64,000 nt of DNA from Mustelus asterias (GCF_964213995.1 NW_027590189.1:434001-498000), one strand, 5' to 3'; positions 13,450 through 26,455 are shown, counted from the stretch's first letter. Numbers and translations: made by a program. Notes: generated by a model from the letters alone, not told the origin.

Positions 13450-13795
13450 GGTGAAACGCGCCATTTACCGGTCCAGGCAGCGGGCGATCGAGGGGGCCGT
13501 CCACCCTGACTGTCTGCCCCTCTACCGCGGCTATGTTCGCGGCCAGGTGTCCCTGGAGAGGGAGCATGCGGTGTCCACGGGCGAGGTTGACGCTTTCCGC
13601 GCCCGCTGGGCACCGCAGGGGTTGGGGTGCATTATTGACCCTAATAATCACATTTTAATTTGATGTTTTTAAGTTTCCTTTGTATTTTGATTTCTGTTCG
13701 GGCTGTTCCCCCTCCTTTTTGGGGAGCTGCCCCTTTTACTTTGTCCTGATTTAATCTGAGTTTGTTTATTTGGTTTGGTTTGACCTAAAAAGAGG
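13450..13795 (+). mobile_element. 5'-truncated L1/Tx1-like retrotransposon (ORF2 C-terminus plus 3' UTR) with 18-bp TSD
   Basis: Peptide LVKRAIYRSRQRAIEG...CLPLYRGYVRGQVSLEREHAVSTGEVDAFRARWAP, stop at 13663, T-rich UTR and short A tail. Flanked by identical tctctcctccacgctcct at 13432-13449 and 13796-13813. Confidence 0.75.
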
Positions 13796-14519
13796 TCTCT
13801 CCTCCACGCTCCTCCCCTTCTCCACACTCCCAGTCTCACCTCACCATGCTCTAACAGTCACATTAACAATCCCGCCTTAACTCAAAGTTCGCCCTGTCAT
13901 CTCAACACAAACAATCTCAACAGAGCCCTCCCCCACTCACCTTAAACACTTAGTCTCATATCCGCCAGCCCCTTTCTCCTCAACACTCCGCCCCTCACCG
14001 CAATACTCCCCACTGACCTAAACACTTCCCCCTCACCTGAATATTTCCCTCTCACCTTAAACCACTTCGTCTGCCCTCAATACTCACCCCTCACATCAAC
14101 ACTCACCACGTGTTACCTCAACACTCACCCACTCTGTCCTCAACAAAACCCCTCACACCATAAACCTCACCCACTCTCACCTGACTGGCCCACCCCAATG
14201 TCGAAGCTTCCCCTCTCGCCTAAACACTGCCCCCAACTCAGAACTCACCGTTCACCTCAACAGCCCCACTCTAAACTCTCGCACTGTCACCTCAACCATC
14301 CCACACTCATCTCAACACCCTCGCCGCTAACCTGAGCTCACCCCCCACTCACCGGGACATTCCCCTCTCATTCCAAAACTCCCCCTCCTCTCACCCCAAC
14401 ACACCCCCCTCCTCACCCCTACACACCCCCCTCCTCACCTCAACTCACTTCCTCTCACCTCAAAAGTTCCTTTTCACTTCCACACTCTCCATCTCAACGC
14501 AAAACTGCCACCCATGTCC

Positions 14520-14860
14520 ACCCTCCCCTCTCCCTCCAAGTTCCCCTCCCTCTCCCGTCGGCCTTTCCCCTTCCCTTTCCCGTCGGCAATTCCTCCCCTC
14601 CCTCTCCCGTCAGCCTTTCCCTCTCCCGTCGGTCTTCCCCCCACTCCCTCTCCTGTCGGTCTTTCCCCCTTCCTCTCCCATCGGCCATCCCCCCACCCCC
14701 GTCCCTCTCCCGTCAGCGATCCCCCCTCCCTCACCCGTCGGCCTTTCCCCCCCTCCCCCTCCCATCGGCCATTCCACCCCTCCCTCTCTCTTCAGTGATC
14801 CCCCCTCCCTCACCCGTCAGCCTTTCCCCTTCTCCCCCCTCGGCATTCCCCCTCTCAGGA
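14520..14860. repeat. Degenerate tandem repeat (ccctctcccgtcggcctttcccc)
   Basis: Directly visible. Confidence 0.7.
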
Positions 14861-15129
14861 CCAAACAATCCCTCTCATCTCAAAACACCAACATCTCATC
14901 TCAGCAATACCCTCTCCCCTCAACTTTCTCTGATCTCAGCACGCCCCCTCTCGCCTCGACAGCCCCCACGCAACTCAACACTGCCTCTCTCACCCCTACA
15001 ATCTTTCTTTTTCTCCACAAAATTATCCTCCCACCATAAAATTTCCATCTCACCTCATCACTACCCATCTGACATCTAAACTCTGCTGCGGCTCCCACAC
15101 TCGCTCCCCTCGCGCGCACGCTGCCCCCT

Positions 15130-15965
15130 CTCCCACCCGCACTCCCCCCCACTCCCGCACCCGCACTCTCCCCCACCCTCATACCCGGACTCCCCCCACC
15201 ACCCTCGCACCCGCACTCCCCCCCACCCGCACTCCCCCCCCACCCTCGCACCCGCACTCCCCCCACCCACACTCCCCCCCACCCTCCCACCCGCACTCCC
15301 CCCCACCCACACTCCCCCCCACCCTCCCACCCGCACTCCCCCCCACCCACACTCCCCCCCACCCTCCCACCCGCACTCCCCCCCCTCTCATACCCGCACT
15401 CCCCCCCACCCTCGCACCCGCACTCCCCCCACCCACACTCCCCCCCCACCCTCGCACCCGCACTCCCCCCCACCCACACTCCCCCCCACCCTCCCACCCG
15501 CACTCCCCCCGCTCTCATACCCGCACTCCCCCCCACCCTCGCACCCGCTCTCCCCCCCACCCTCGCACCCGCATTCCCCCCCACCCTCAGACCTACACTA
15601 CTCCCCACCCTCGCACCCACACTCCCACCCCCCACCCGCACTCCCCCCCACCCTCGCACCCACACTACTCCCCCACCCTCGCACCCACACTACTCCCCCA
15701 CACTCGCACCCACACTACTCCCCCACACTCGCACCCACAATCCCCCCCCACCCTCACACCCACACTACTCCCCTACCCTCGCACCCACACTACTCCCCCA
15801 CACTCGCACCCACACTCCCCCCCACCCTCACACCCACACTACTCCCCCACCCTCGCACCCGCACTACTCCCCCACACTCGCACCCACACTACTCCCCCAC
15901 CCTCGCACCCGCACTACTCCCCCACACTCGCACCCACACTACTCCCCCACCCTCACACCCGCCCT
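15130..15965. repeat. C/A-rich minisatellite (ccctcgcacccgcactcccccccca)n
   Basis: Directly visible tandem units. Confidence 0.9.
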
Positions 15966-18900
15966 CAAAGAACAAAGAACAGTACAGCACAGGAAACAGG
16001 CCCTTCAGCCCTCCAAGCCTGTGCCGCTCCTTGGTCCAACTAGACCAATCATTTGTATCCCTCCATTCCCAGGCTGCTCATGTGACTATCCAGGTAAGTC
16101 TTAAACGATGTCAGCGTGTCTGCCTCCACCACCCTACTTGGCAGCGCATTCCAGGCCCCCACCATCCTCTGTGTAAAAAACATCCCTCTGATATCTGAGT
16201 TATACTTCGCCCCGCTCAGCTTGAACCCGTGACCCCTCGTGATCGTCACTTCTGATCTGGGAAAATGCTTTCCCCCGTTCACCCTATCTATCCCCTTCAT
16301 AATCTAGTACACCTCTATTAGATCTCCCCTCATTCTCCGTCTTTCCAGGGAGAACAACCCCAGTTTACCCAATCTCTCCTCATAGCTAAGACCCTCCATA
16401 CCAGGCAACATCCTGGTAAACCTTCTCTGCACTCTCTCTAACGCCTCCACGTCCTTCTGGTAGTGCGGAGATCAGAACTGGATGCAGTACTCCAAATGTG
16501 GCCTAACCAGCGTTCTATACAGCTGCATCATCAGACTCCAGCTTTTATACTCTATACCCCATCCTATAAAGAGAAGCATACCATATGCCTTCTTCACCAC
16601 CTTCTGCACCTGTGTTGCCACCTTCAAGGATTTGTGGACTTGCACACCTAGGTCCCTCTGTGTTTCTATACTCTTGATGGATCTGCCATTTATTGTATAC
16701 CTCCTCCCGACATTATTTCTTCCAAAATGCATCACTTCACATTGATCTGGATTATATTCCATCTGCCACCTCTCCGCCCGAATTGCCCGCCAATGCTCAT
16801 CGCTATCCGCAAGTCAAGCCATCTTCGTGTCATCCGCAAACTTGCTGGTAACACCAGTTACACATTCTTCCAAATCATTTATATATATATATATCTATCA
16901 CAAACAGCAGAGATCCCAGTCCAGAGCCCTGCGGAACACCACTGGTCACAGACCTCCAGCTGGAAAAAGACCCTTCGACCGCTCCCCTCTGTCTCCTATG
17001 GCCAAGCCAGTTCTCCACCCATCTAGCCACTTCTCCTTGTACCCCATGAGCCTTAACCTTCTTAACCAACCTGCCATGTGAGACTTTGTCAAATGCCTTA
17101 CTGAAATCCATATCGACGACATCCATGGCCCTTCCTTCGTCAACCGTTTTTATCACTTCCTCAAAAAACTCCAACAAATTTGTAAGGCACGGCCTCCCTC
17201 TTACAAAACCATGCTGTCTGTCACTAATGAGATTATTCCATTCCAAATGCACATACATCCTGTCTCTAAGAATCCTCTCCAACAACTTCCCTACCACGGA
17301 CGTCAAACTCACCGGCCTATAATTTCCCAGGTTATCCCTGCTACCCTGCTTAAACAACGGGTCCACATTCACTATCCTCCAATCCTCAGGGACCTCACCT
17401 GTGTCCGAAGAAGCGACAAATATTTCCGTCAGAGGCCCAGCAATTTCATCTCTCGTCTCCCTGAGCAGTCTAGGATAGGTGCCTTCAGGCCCTGGGGCTT
17501 TGTCAGTTTTATTGTTCCCTAAAAAAACCTAACGCTTCCTCCCTTGTAATGGAGATTTTCTCTAACGGGTCAACACCTCCCTCCGAGACACTCCCGGTTA
17601 ACACGCCCCTCTCCTTCGTGAATACCGATGCAAAGTATTAATTTAGGATCTCCCCTATTCCCTTGGGTTCTAAGCATAATTCCCCTCCTTTGTCCCGGAG
17701 AGGTCCGATTTATCCCTGACAGCTCTTTTGCTCCTAATGTAGGAATAGGATGCCTTAGGATTCTCCTTAATCCTGCCTGCCAAGAACATCTCGTGACCTC
17801 TCTTTGCCCTTCTAACTCCCCGTTTGAGTTCTTTCCTATTCTCTCTGTATTCCTCCAGAGCTCCATCTATTTTCAGTTGCCTGGACTTAACGTACGCCTC
17901 CCTTTTCATTTTATTCTGATCCTCAATTTCCCTGGTTATCCACGGCTCTCGAATCCTACCTTTCCTATCTTTCCTTTTTACAGGCACATGCCTATCCTGC
18001 AGCCTTGTCAATAGTTCCTTAAAAGACTCCCACATGCCAGACGCGGACATACCCTCAAACATCCTCTCCCACTCAGCGTCCACCAATTCTTGCCTAATCC
18101 GGCTACCATTAGCCTTCCCCCAATTTAGCATACTGCCTGTAGGACAGCACTCATCCTTGTCCATTACTGTCCTAAAGTTAACAGAGTTGTGGTCACGTTT
18201 TGCCAAATGTTCCCCTACCGAAACTTTGACGACCTGATTGGGCTCAATTCCCAGAACTAGGTCCAGTAAAGCCCCCTCTCTCGTCGGGCTATCTACATAC
18301 TGTTCCAAAGAACCTTCCAGTACGCATTTTACAAATTCCTCCCCGTCCGGAACCCCAGCTCTAAGCACTTTCCAGTCTATACCGGGGAAATTAAAGTCAC
18401 CCACGACAACAACCCTATTTTTTCTGCACCTATCCAGAATCTCCTGATATATCCTTTCCTCCACTTCCCGTGGGCTGTTGGGTGGTCTGTAGTACACCCC
18501 CAGCATAGTGACTGCACCCTTCCTGTTTCTGAGTTCCACCCACAGCGACTCAGTACATGACCCCTCTAAGTTGTCTACCCTCTGCACAGCGGTAATATGC
18601 TCCCGAACTAATATCGCTACTCCCCCACTTTTTTTAACTCCTCCTCTGTCTCACCTAAAACACTTATACCCCGGAATATTCAGCTGCTAGTCCTGTCCTT
18701 TTAACCAAGTCTCCGTCACCACAACCACATCCAAATTCCGCGTAAGCATTAAGGCCCTAAGTTCATCTGCCTTACCCGTTACGCTCCTCTCATTGAAGCA
18801 GATGCACTCCAGACCTCCAGGCTCACTCAGGTCATCCTCCTCCAGAGTGCTCCTCTTCTTAGCTAGCCTTGACCTGGCCCCCAGCTCAACCCCAGCCTCA

Positions 18901-19438
18901 GTACTTACTGACCTACTGTTTTGTTCCCCACCCCCCTGCCACACTAGTTTAATTCCTGCCGAAACACTCTAGCAAAACTCCCAGTCAGGATATTTGCTCC
19001 CTTCCAGTTAAGGTGTAACCCATCCTTTCTGTCAAGTTGCCATCCTGACTTGAAGACTTCCCAGTTATCTATGAATTTAAAACCCTCCCTCTTGCACCAG
19101 TCCTTTAGCCATGCGTTCAACTGTAGAATCTCCCTGTTCCTAGCCTTACTAGCACTAGGCACCGGGAGCAGTCCAGAGATTGCTACCCTGGAGGCCTTAC
19201 TTTTTACCGAGCACCCATCTCCCTGAATTTCTCTCGTATGACCCCCCCCTGCTCTTCCTATCTCCATCATTTTCACCAATGTGTATAATTACGTCCGTTT
19301 GACTATCTTCCTTTTTAAATATGCTTCCTACCCTCTCGGAGACGTCCAGTACCCCGGCACCAGGGAGGCAGACTACCATCCTGGATTCTTGTTTGCTCCC
19401 ACAGAACCGCCTGTCCGTGCCTCTAACCATTGCATCCC

Positions 19439-22400
19439 TGTGGTAAACCACTGTTATCTGTTATCTGTTGTGGTTAACCACTGTTAGTTCGTATCTATTA
19501 TTACCTGTATTTGTGGCACATCCCTGTCGGCTCCACCCAAGACTCCTCCCCCTGTTCCGGGTATAAAGGCGATGGCTCCTCCCTCTAGCCTTTGGTACAG
19601 GCCAGATCTCCAATAGGGATGGCTCCAAGTTCTTGTGAATAAAAGCCGACTTGTCTTGCTTACAACTAGTCTTTTGCTTGATTGATGGTGCATCAATTTT
19701 ATTCACAAGATTTTTAAAATGGAACAGATGTTAAAACCCGACAGACTGAATCTAGATCCTCAAACTGTAGGAGCGTCAAACACGTTTGATCACTGGCTGA
19801 AACGCTTTGAAGCCTACATCGCGCCTCCACTGTTGTCCGTACAGATGCCGACAAACTACGGGTGCTCCACAGCCGGGTAAGCAATGTAGTATATTCTATG
19901 ATTTGGGAGGCAGAAAGTTACAAGGACGCTATCGAACTTTTAAAGGGCCAGTATAACAAACGGCCGAATGAAGTCTACGCGAGACATCTCCTAGCTACGC
20001 GCAGACAGCAGCCAGGAGAATCGGTTGACCAATTCCTGCGCGCGTTGCGGCTGCTTGCCCGGAACTGCAACTGCAAGACTGTGACTGCCACCCAACACAC
20101 AGAGGACTGAATCAGGGGTGCCTTTGTCACGGGCATCGGGACGACCTATATGCAACAACGGCTACTGGAACAGGGTGCACTGGACTTAAAGAAAACGGTG
20201 GAACTGGCTGAATCCTTCGAGGTGACCTCCCAATATCTTGAGGCCTACTTACCTGACCACGTGGGCGCATCGTGGACACCGCAGCCGTCGCTACCACTGT
20301 ACTCGGCAGGGCCACAAATTTACGCCGCACCATGTCTCACCGGTGATCTGACCACTGCAGCAGCCTCTGGAGGCCCGAAATGCTACTTCTGCGGCCTGGG
20401 TAAGCACCCCCGACAACGTTGCCCGGCGAGGGAGTCGTTCTGCTCCGTGTGTGGGAAGAAGAGACACTATGCTAAAGTCTGCCGTAAGTCCACCTCCAAA
20501 TCCACGAGTGCCACGTGTGACCCGCGGGGGCCGCCATCTTGGATGACTCCGGCCGCGTGCGACCCGTGGCGGCCGCTATCTTGGATGACGTCATCGGCCG
20601 CCGGCAACCCGCGGGGGCCGCCATCTTGCATGACTTCGGCCGCGAGCGACCAGCAGGGGCCGCCATCTCCACCCTCATCAGCCCCCTATGGCTATCTGCA
20701 GGATTCAACGGTGGCATTGGTTACCCTGGCCCAGTCCAAGCCTCATCGATTCGCTAAGTCCATGATGGACATTGAGGTAAACGGGCACAGGGAGCATTGT
20801 TTGTTTGACAGTGGGAGTACGGAGAGCTTCATCCACCCTGATACAGTGCATCGATACACCCTTCCCGTGCGGTCCGTCAAGTAAACGATCTCCATGGCAT
20901 CGCAGTCCCGCTCTGTAAATGTCCTCGGGTACTGTGTGGTGACCCTGAAGGTGCGGGGCACAGTATACGATAACTTCAGGATCCTCGTGCTGCCACATCT
21001 TTGCGCTGCTGTACTCCTGGGGCTAGATTTCATTACCCATCTGAAGAGTGTCCCTATACAGTTTAATGGGCCTTTTCCCCCGCTCTCCGTTTGCAATCAG
21101 CGGCGTCTAAATTGCCCACCACGCACCACCTGCAGTCTTTCGACCCTTAAAATCGCCCCTCCCTCCTTGTTTGCGAATCTCACTCCTGACTGCAAGCCCA
21201 TCGCCACCAAGAGAAGGCAATATAGTGCTGGAGACGGGGCCTTTATCAGGTCCAAAGTCCAGTGGCTCCTCACGGGGGGGATCATCGAGGCCAGTACCAG
21301 CCACTGGAGAGCACAAGTGGTAGTCATTAAGACTGGGGAGAAACACAGAATGGTCATTGACTACAGTCAGACCATTCACCGATATACGCAGCTGGACGTG
21401 TACCCTCTCCCCCGCATGGTCAATCAGATTGCACAATATCGGGTGTTCTTCACTATTGACTTGAAGTCGGCGTACCACCAGCTCCCTATCCGCCCGGAGG
21501 ACCGCCAATATACGGCGTTCGAGGCGGATGGTTGTCTTTACCACTTCCTTTGGGTCCCTTTTGGCATCACCAACGGGGTCTCGGTTTTCCAGTGCGAAAT
21601 GGACCGAATGGTACACCAGAACGGACTGCGGGCCACCTTCCCGTACCTGGATAACGTCACCATCTGCGGCCATGACCAGCAGGACCACGATGCCAACCTC
21701 CACAGATTCCTGCACACGGCTAGCCTCCTTAACCTGACCTACAATAAGGAGAAGTGCGTGTTCCGTACACACCGCCTCGCCATCCTCGGGTACATAGTGG
21801 AGAATGGGGTCATCGGCCCCGATTCCGACCGTATGTGTCCCCTCCTGGAACTTCCCCTCCCTACTAGCCTCAAAGCACTGAGAAGATGCCTGGGTTTCTT
21901 CTCGTACTATGCACAGTGGGTCCCCAACTATGCGGATAAAGCCTGTCCGCTCATAAAATCCACCTCTTTTCCCCTGACGGCAGAGGCCCGTCTGGCCTTC
22001 GACCGCATCAAAGCTGATATTGCGAAGGCCATGATGCACGCTATAGACGAATCCATCCCGTTCCAAGTGGAGAGCGATGCGTCTGACTTCTCCCTAGCCA
22101 CCACCCTTAACCAGGTGGGCAGACCCGTGGCCTTCTTTTCACGAACCCTCCAAGGCCCCGAAACCCGACAATCCTCTGTCGAAAAGGAGGCCCAAGCCAT
22201 AGTGGAAGCTGTACGGCACTGGCATCACTATTTAGCTGGTAAACGGTTCACCCTACTCATGGACCAACGATCCGTTGCCTTCATGTTCAACAATACGCAG
22301 TGGGGCAAGATCAAGAACGACAAGATATTGCCGTGGAGGATTGAACTCTTCATCTACAATTACGATATCTTGTATCAGCCTGGGAAGCTCAATGAGCCAC

Positions 22401-23889
22401 CTGACGCCCTGTCCTGTGGAACATGTGCCAGTGCACAGGTGGACCGGTTACAGGCTCTCCACAACGACCTCTGCCACCCGGGGGTCACCAGGTTTTTTCA
22501 CTTCATTAGAGCCCGAAACCTGCCCTACTCCGTTGTGGATGTCAGGTCCATAACTCAGAATTGTCAGGTCTGCGCGGAATGCAAGCCGCGCTTCTACCGA
22601 CCAGACAGGGCACAGCTCATAAAAGCCACCCGCCCCTTCGAACGCCTAAGCATTGACTTCAAAGGCCCCCTCCCCTCATCTGATCGCAACATATATTTCC
22701 TCAATGTCATTGACGAGTATTCACGTGTCCCCTTCACTATTCCCTGCCCAGATATGTCCTCGGCCACGGTCATCAGGGCTCTGTGCAGCCTCTTCACCCT
22801 GTTCGGTTTCCCTAGCTATATCCATAGCGACCGGGGATCCTCCTTCATGAGTGATGGACTGCGACGGTACCTGCTCTCCAAAGGTATAGCCACAAGTAGG
22901 ACTACTAGCTACAACCCCCGGGGAAAAGGACAGGTTGAGAGAGAGAACGCAACAGTCTGGAAGACCGTTTTACTGGCGCTACTGTCTAAAGGCCTTCCAG
23001 TCACCCGCTGGCGAGAGGTCCTACCGGAGGCACTACACTCCATTTGGTCCCTCCTGTGCACGGCAACCAATGCCACTCCCCACGAACGGATGTACATGTT
23101 CCCCAGGAAGTCTTCCTCGGGGACTTCACTACCATCGTGTCTGGCATACCCGGGCCCTGTCCTGCTTCGGAAGCATGTCAGGACCCGTAAGTCTGACCCC
23201 CTGGTCAAAAGGGTTCAAATCCTCCACGCCAACCCCCAGTACGCCTATGTGGTGTACTCTGATGGGCGGGAGGACACGGTATTTATCCGTGACCTCGCAC
23301 CCGCAGGTGACTCAGGGATGAATATGGACCCCAACCCCTCATCCCCAATCCCCAACTTTGTCCCTACCACGTCAGAACCACTATTCACTCCTCTCACCCC
23401 CTATTACAGCTCGCCTGAGCCCCAGGAGTCGTCACCACGCACTCAACGATCGGACGAGACTACGGATGACAACAACTTCCTGGTGCTTGAAACAACACCG
23501 CGAACTGAACCTACATTGGAACCGGCACTACGGCGATCGCAGTGGCAGAGCAAGCCTCCAGATAGACTGAACCTGTAAATATTGTTCATTCTGCCTCACC
23601 CCCGATGGACTCTTTTTTAAACAGGGGGTGAATGTGGTAAACCACTGTTATCTGTTATCTGTTGTGGTTAACCACTGTTAGTTAGTATCTATTATTACCT
23701 GTATTTGTGGTACATCCCTGTCGGCTCCGCCCAAGACTCTTCCCCCTGGTCCGGGTATAAAGGCGGTGGCTCCTCCCTCTAGCCTTTAGTACAGACCAGA
23801 TCTCCGACAGGGATGGCTCCAAGTTCTTGTGAATAAAAGCCTATTTGTCTTGCTTACAACTAGTCTTTTGCTTGATTGATGGTGAATCA
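19439..23889 (+). mobile_element. Gypsy/Ty3 LTR retrotransposon, full length, gag/pol interrupted by frameshifts and stops
   Basis: 257-bp LTRs TG..CA at 19439-19695 and 23633-23889 (about 13 mismatches by eye). PPT aaacagggggtgaa before the 3' LTR. Gag starts MEQMLKPDRL at ~19719, followed by a CCHC knuckle, protease LFDSGS, then RT-RNaseH-IN. Confidence 0.95.
20894..23578 (+). CDS. Gypsy pol (RT, RNase H, integrase), 894-aa ORF
   Basis: IDLKSAYHQ, PFGITNG, FPYLDNVTI (RT); VESDASD and SSVEKEA (RNase H); LHNDLCHPG..CQVC, SIDFKGP, IHSDRG, GQVERENA (integrase). Confidence 0.9.
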   Translation: MASQSRSVNVLGYCVVTLKVRGTVYDNFRILVLPHLCAAVLLGLDFITHLKSVPIQFNGPFPPLSVCNQRRLNCPPRTTCSLSTLKIAPPSLFANLTPDCKPIATKRRQYSAGDGAFIRSKVQWLLTGGIIEASTSHWRAQVVVIKTGEKHRMVIDYSQTIHRYTQLDVYPLPRMVNQIAQYRVFFTIDLKSAYHQLPIRPEDRQYTAFEADGCLYHFLWVPFGITNGVSVFQCEMDRMVHQNGLRATFPYLDNVTICGHDQQDHDANLHRFLHTASLLNLTYNKEKCVFRTHRLAILGYIVENGVIGPDSDRMCPLLELPLPTSLKALRRCLGFFSYYAQWVPNYADKACPLIKSTSFPLTAEARLAFDRIKADIAKAMMHAIDESIPFQVESDASDFSLATTLNQVGRPVAFFSRTLQGPETRQSSVEKEAQAIVEAVRHWHHYLAGKRFTLLMDQRSVAFMFNNTQWGKIKNDKILPWRIELFIYNYDILYQPGKLNEPPDALSCGTCASAQVDRLQALHNDLCHPGVTRFFHFIRARNLPYSVVDVRSITQNCQVCAECKPRFYRPDRAQLIKATRPFERLSIDFKGPLPSSDRNIYFLNVIDEYSRVPFTIPCPDMSSATVIRALCSLFTLFGFPSYIHSDRGSSFMSDGLRRYLLSKGIATSRTTSYNPRGKGQVERENATVWKTVLLALLSKGLPVTRWREVLPEALHSIWSLLCTATNATPHERMYMFPRKSSSGTSLPSCLAYPGPVLLRKHVRTRKSDPLVKRVQILHANPQYAYVVYSDGREDTVFIRDLAPAGDSGMNMDPNPSSPIPNFVPTTSEPLFTPLTPYYSSPEPQESSPRTQRSDETTDDNNFLVLETTPRTEPTLEPALRRSQWQSKPPDRLNL

Positions 23890-25261
23890 GCACCCACCAC
23901 TATCGCTCTCCTAAACCCCTTCTTTCCCTTCCGGACCCCTGAGCCTGTCTCCGTGCAGGAGATCTGGTCCTCGTGGCTTACCCCTGGAAGGTCATCCCCC
24001 TCCATAGAATCCAAAAGAATATACCTATTTTGGAGGGGGACAACCACAGGGGATCCCTCCACAGACTGCTCACTCCCTTCCCTTATCCCATCTGTTGCCC
24101 ATCCCTTTCTTTTATGGGAGACTGCCACTGGGGTACTTTCTGGCACATCACCCTTCTGACTATTACCCCTCCTAACTGTGACCCACGTGTCTTCCTTCCG
24201 AGACCCTGGTGTCACTACCTGACTATAACTTCTATCTATTAATCTCTCATGTTCCCTAATTAAACTGAGGTCATCGAGCCGCAGCTCCAGCTCCCTTCCA
24301 CGATCCCTCAGGAGTTGCAGTTCCACACATCTGGCACAGATATGGACTTCCGGGAGGCAAGTCGTCTCCAGGAACTCCCACATCTCACACCGAATGCAGT
24401 ACACTGGCCTCCCACTCATACGTGCCATTTCCTTTTTAGCTTTTGGAAGATCAAACAACAAGGAGGGGAACGGAAGAAAAACAAATAACCTTCCTCGCCT
24501 CCGCCGAAGCCCTGTGAGCAAAAACCCTTACAGCTCACACTCTGCTCCCTGCTCACTACGCTGTCCACTCCCGACACTGCCCGCTCAAAAGTGCGGCCTG
24601 CTTTTAAACCCTCCAAAAGCCTTCCCAGGCTTCTCCTGGGCCTACTTACGGTTTTGGAAAAAACCTCCGAATTTTAACACAAAAATCACTGAAAAATAAA
24701 TAAAGAAATCAAATGCCGATAAATCAAACAAAGAACTGGCCTTACTCCCCTCCCCCCCGCCCACCCCCCCCCCCCCCCCCGCCAGAGAATGGTGTGGCCT
24801 CACTCACCCCCTCCCCCTCAGGCAACGATCTGGCCTCACTCATCCCTCCCCACCCCCCGACCCCCAGAGAATGGTCTGGCTTCCCTCCTTCCCCCGCCCC
24901 CGCCCTCCCCCCCCCCCGCCCCACCACTGATCTGAGTCAGAGAGCCGTTGGAAGCTCTGAACGCGCTCTTCAGCAGCTGGAGCGCCCGACTCAGACTATT
25001 ATTTAGAAGGTTCATTACGACGCTGTTCCAGATTTGCAAACTCGGTGGTAAAGGGGGAAATGCTGATAAAGTTGGGCGGGCAGTTCGTTAATTCAATTTA
25101 AATGCGTGCAAATGCATTTAAATCGTCATTGCGCCTGTTTTGGGCGTGAAGCGGATCGCCGCCATTCCCGGGTTTCAGTAAAGTGGCCACCTGCACGGAT
25201 GCGGGCGCGGATCGCGTTAATGGCCTCACACCCGACTTTATCATGTTTTCACGCCCGAAAA

Positions 25262-26455
25262 TGTTACACACACAGATATACACACAGTGTGACACCCACA
25301 CACAGATGGACACACAGTGTGACACCCACACACAGATATACACGCAGTGACACATACCGTGTGTTACACACACAGATATACACACAGTGACACACACACA
25401 CAGATAGAGACGCAGTGACACACACAGATATATACATAGTGACACACATACAGATATATACACAGTGACACATAGATATACACACAGTGACACACACAGA
25501 CAGAGACACAGTGACACAAAAGATATACACAAGTGTGACACACACACAGAGGTATACACACAGTGTGACATACACACACACAGATATACGCAGTGTCATG
25601 CACACATATACACACACACAGATATATACATAGTGTTACACACACACAGATAGAAACACAGTGTGATATACACGCACAGATCTACATGCAGTGACACATA
25701 CACAGTGCGACACATACACATAGATATACACACAGTGTTACACACACAGATATACACACAGTGTGACACCCACACACAGATGGACACACAGTGTGACACC
25801 CACACACAGATATACACGCAGTGACACATACCGTGTGACACACACACACACAGATATACACACAGTGTCACACACACAGATATACACACACAGATATACA
25901 CACAGTGTGACACTCACACACAGATAGACACACAGTGTGACACACAGATATACACACAGTGAGAGACACACAGAGATATACACAGTGTGCCACACACATA
26001 GATACACACAATGTGACACACACAGATATACACTCAGTGTCACACATATAGGTATACATGGTGTGACACATATGCAGATATACAGTGTGACACACGCACA
26101 CAGATATATACAGAGTGTCACACACACAGATATACACAGACACAGATATACATAGACACAGTGTAACACCCACACACAGATAGACACACACTGCGACACA
26201 CAGATATACACACAGTGTCACACATATAGGTATGCATGGTGTGACACATATGCAGATATACACAGTGTGACTCATGCACACAGATATACACAGACGCAGA
26301 TATACACACAGTGTGACACCCACACACAGATAGACACACATTGTGAAACACAAATATATACATAGTATGACACACGCACACAGATGTACACATAGTGACA
26401 CACACAGTTATACAGACAGTGTGCCACACACACACACACAAAGACGTACACACAG
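25262..26455. repeat. CA-rich complex microsatellite (acacacagatatacacacagtgt)
   Basis: Directly visible. Confidence 0.9.

Larger units (their letters stand above)
15967..24730 (-). mobile_element. Near full-length decayed CR1 LINE, split by a Gypsy insertion (parts 15967-19438 and 23890-~24730)
   Basis: 3' tail (GTTCTTT)n at 15967. Fragmented RT and endonuclease ORFs at 16049-18944. ORF1 with zinc finger C..C..W...C.RC (23841-24521) and SGNH-esterase motif RRAIVVGD, broken exactly at the LTR element. Confidence 0.92.

Noticed and set aside
10415-13663. 1082-aa and 1003-aa Pro/Ser/Leu-rich ORFs and antisense Gly/Glu/Arg ORFs
   Set aside because: Stop-free by composition of the CT minisatellite; only the last ~70 aa come from a retroelement.
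21107-22066. 319-aa antisense ORF within Gypsy pol
   Set aside because: Shadow ORF of a GC-rich coding strand with no recognisable motifs.
25262-26455. Many cacagtg heptamers and Cys/Val-rich ORFs
   Set aside because: CA-rich microsatellite; no nonamers at RSS spacing and no gene segments.
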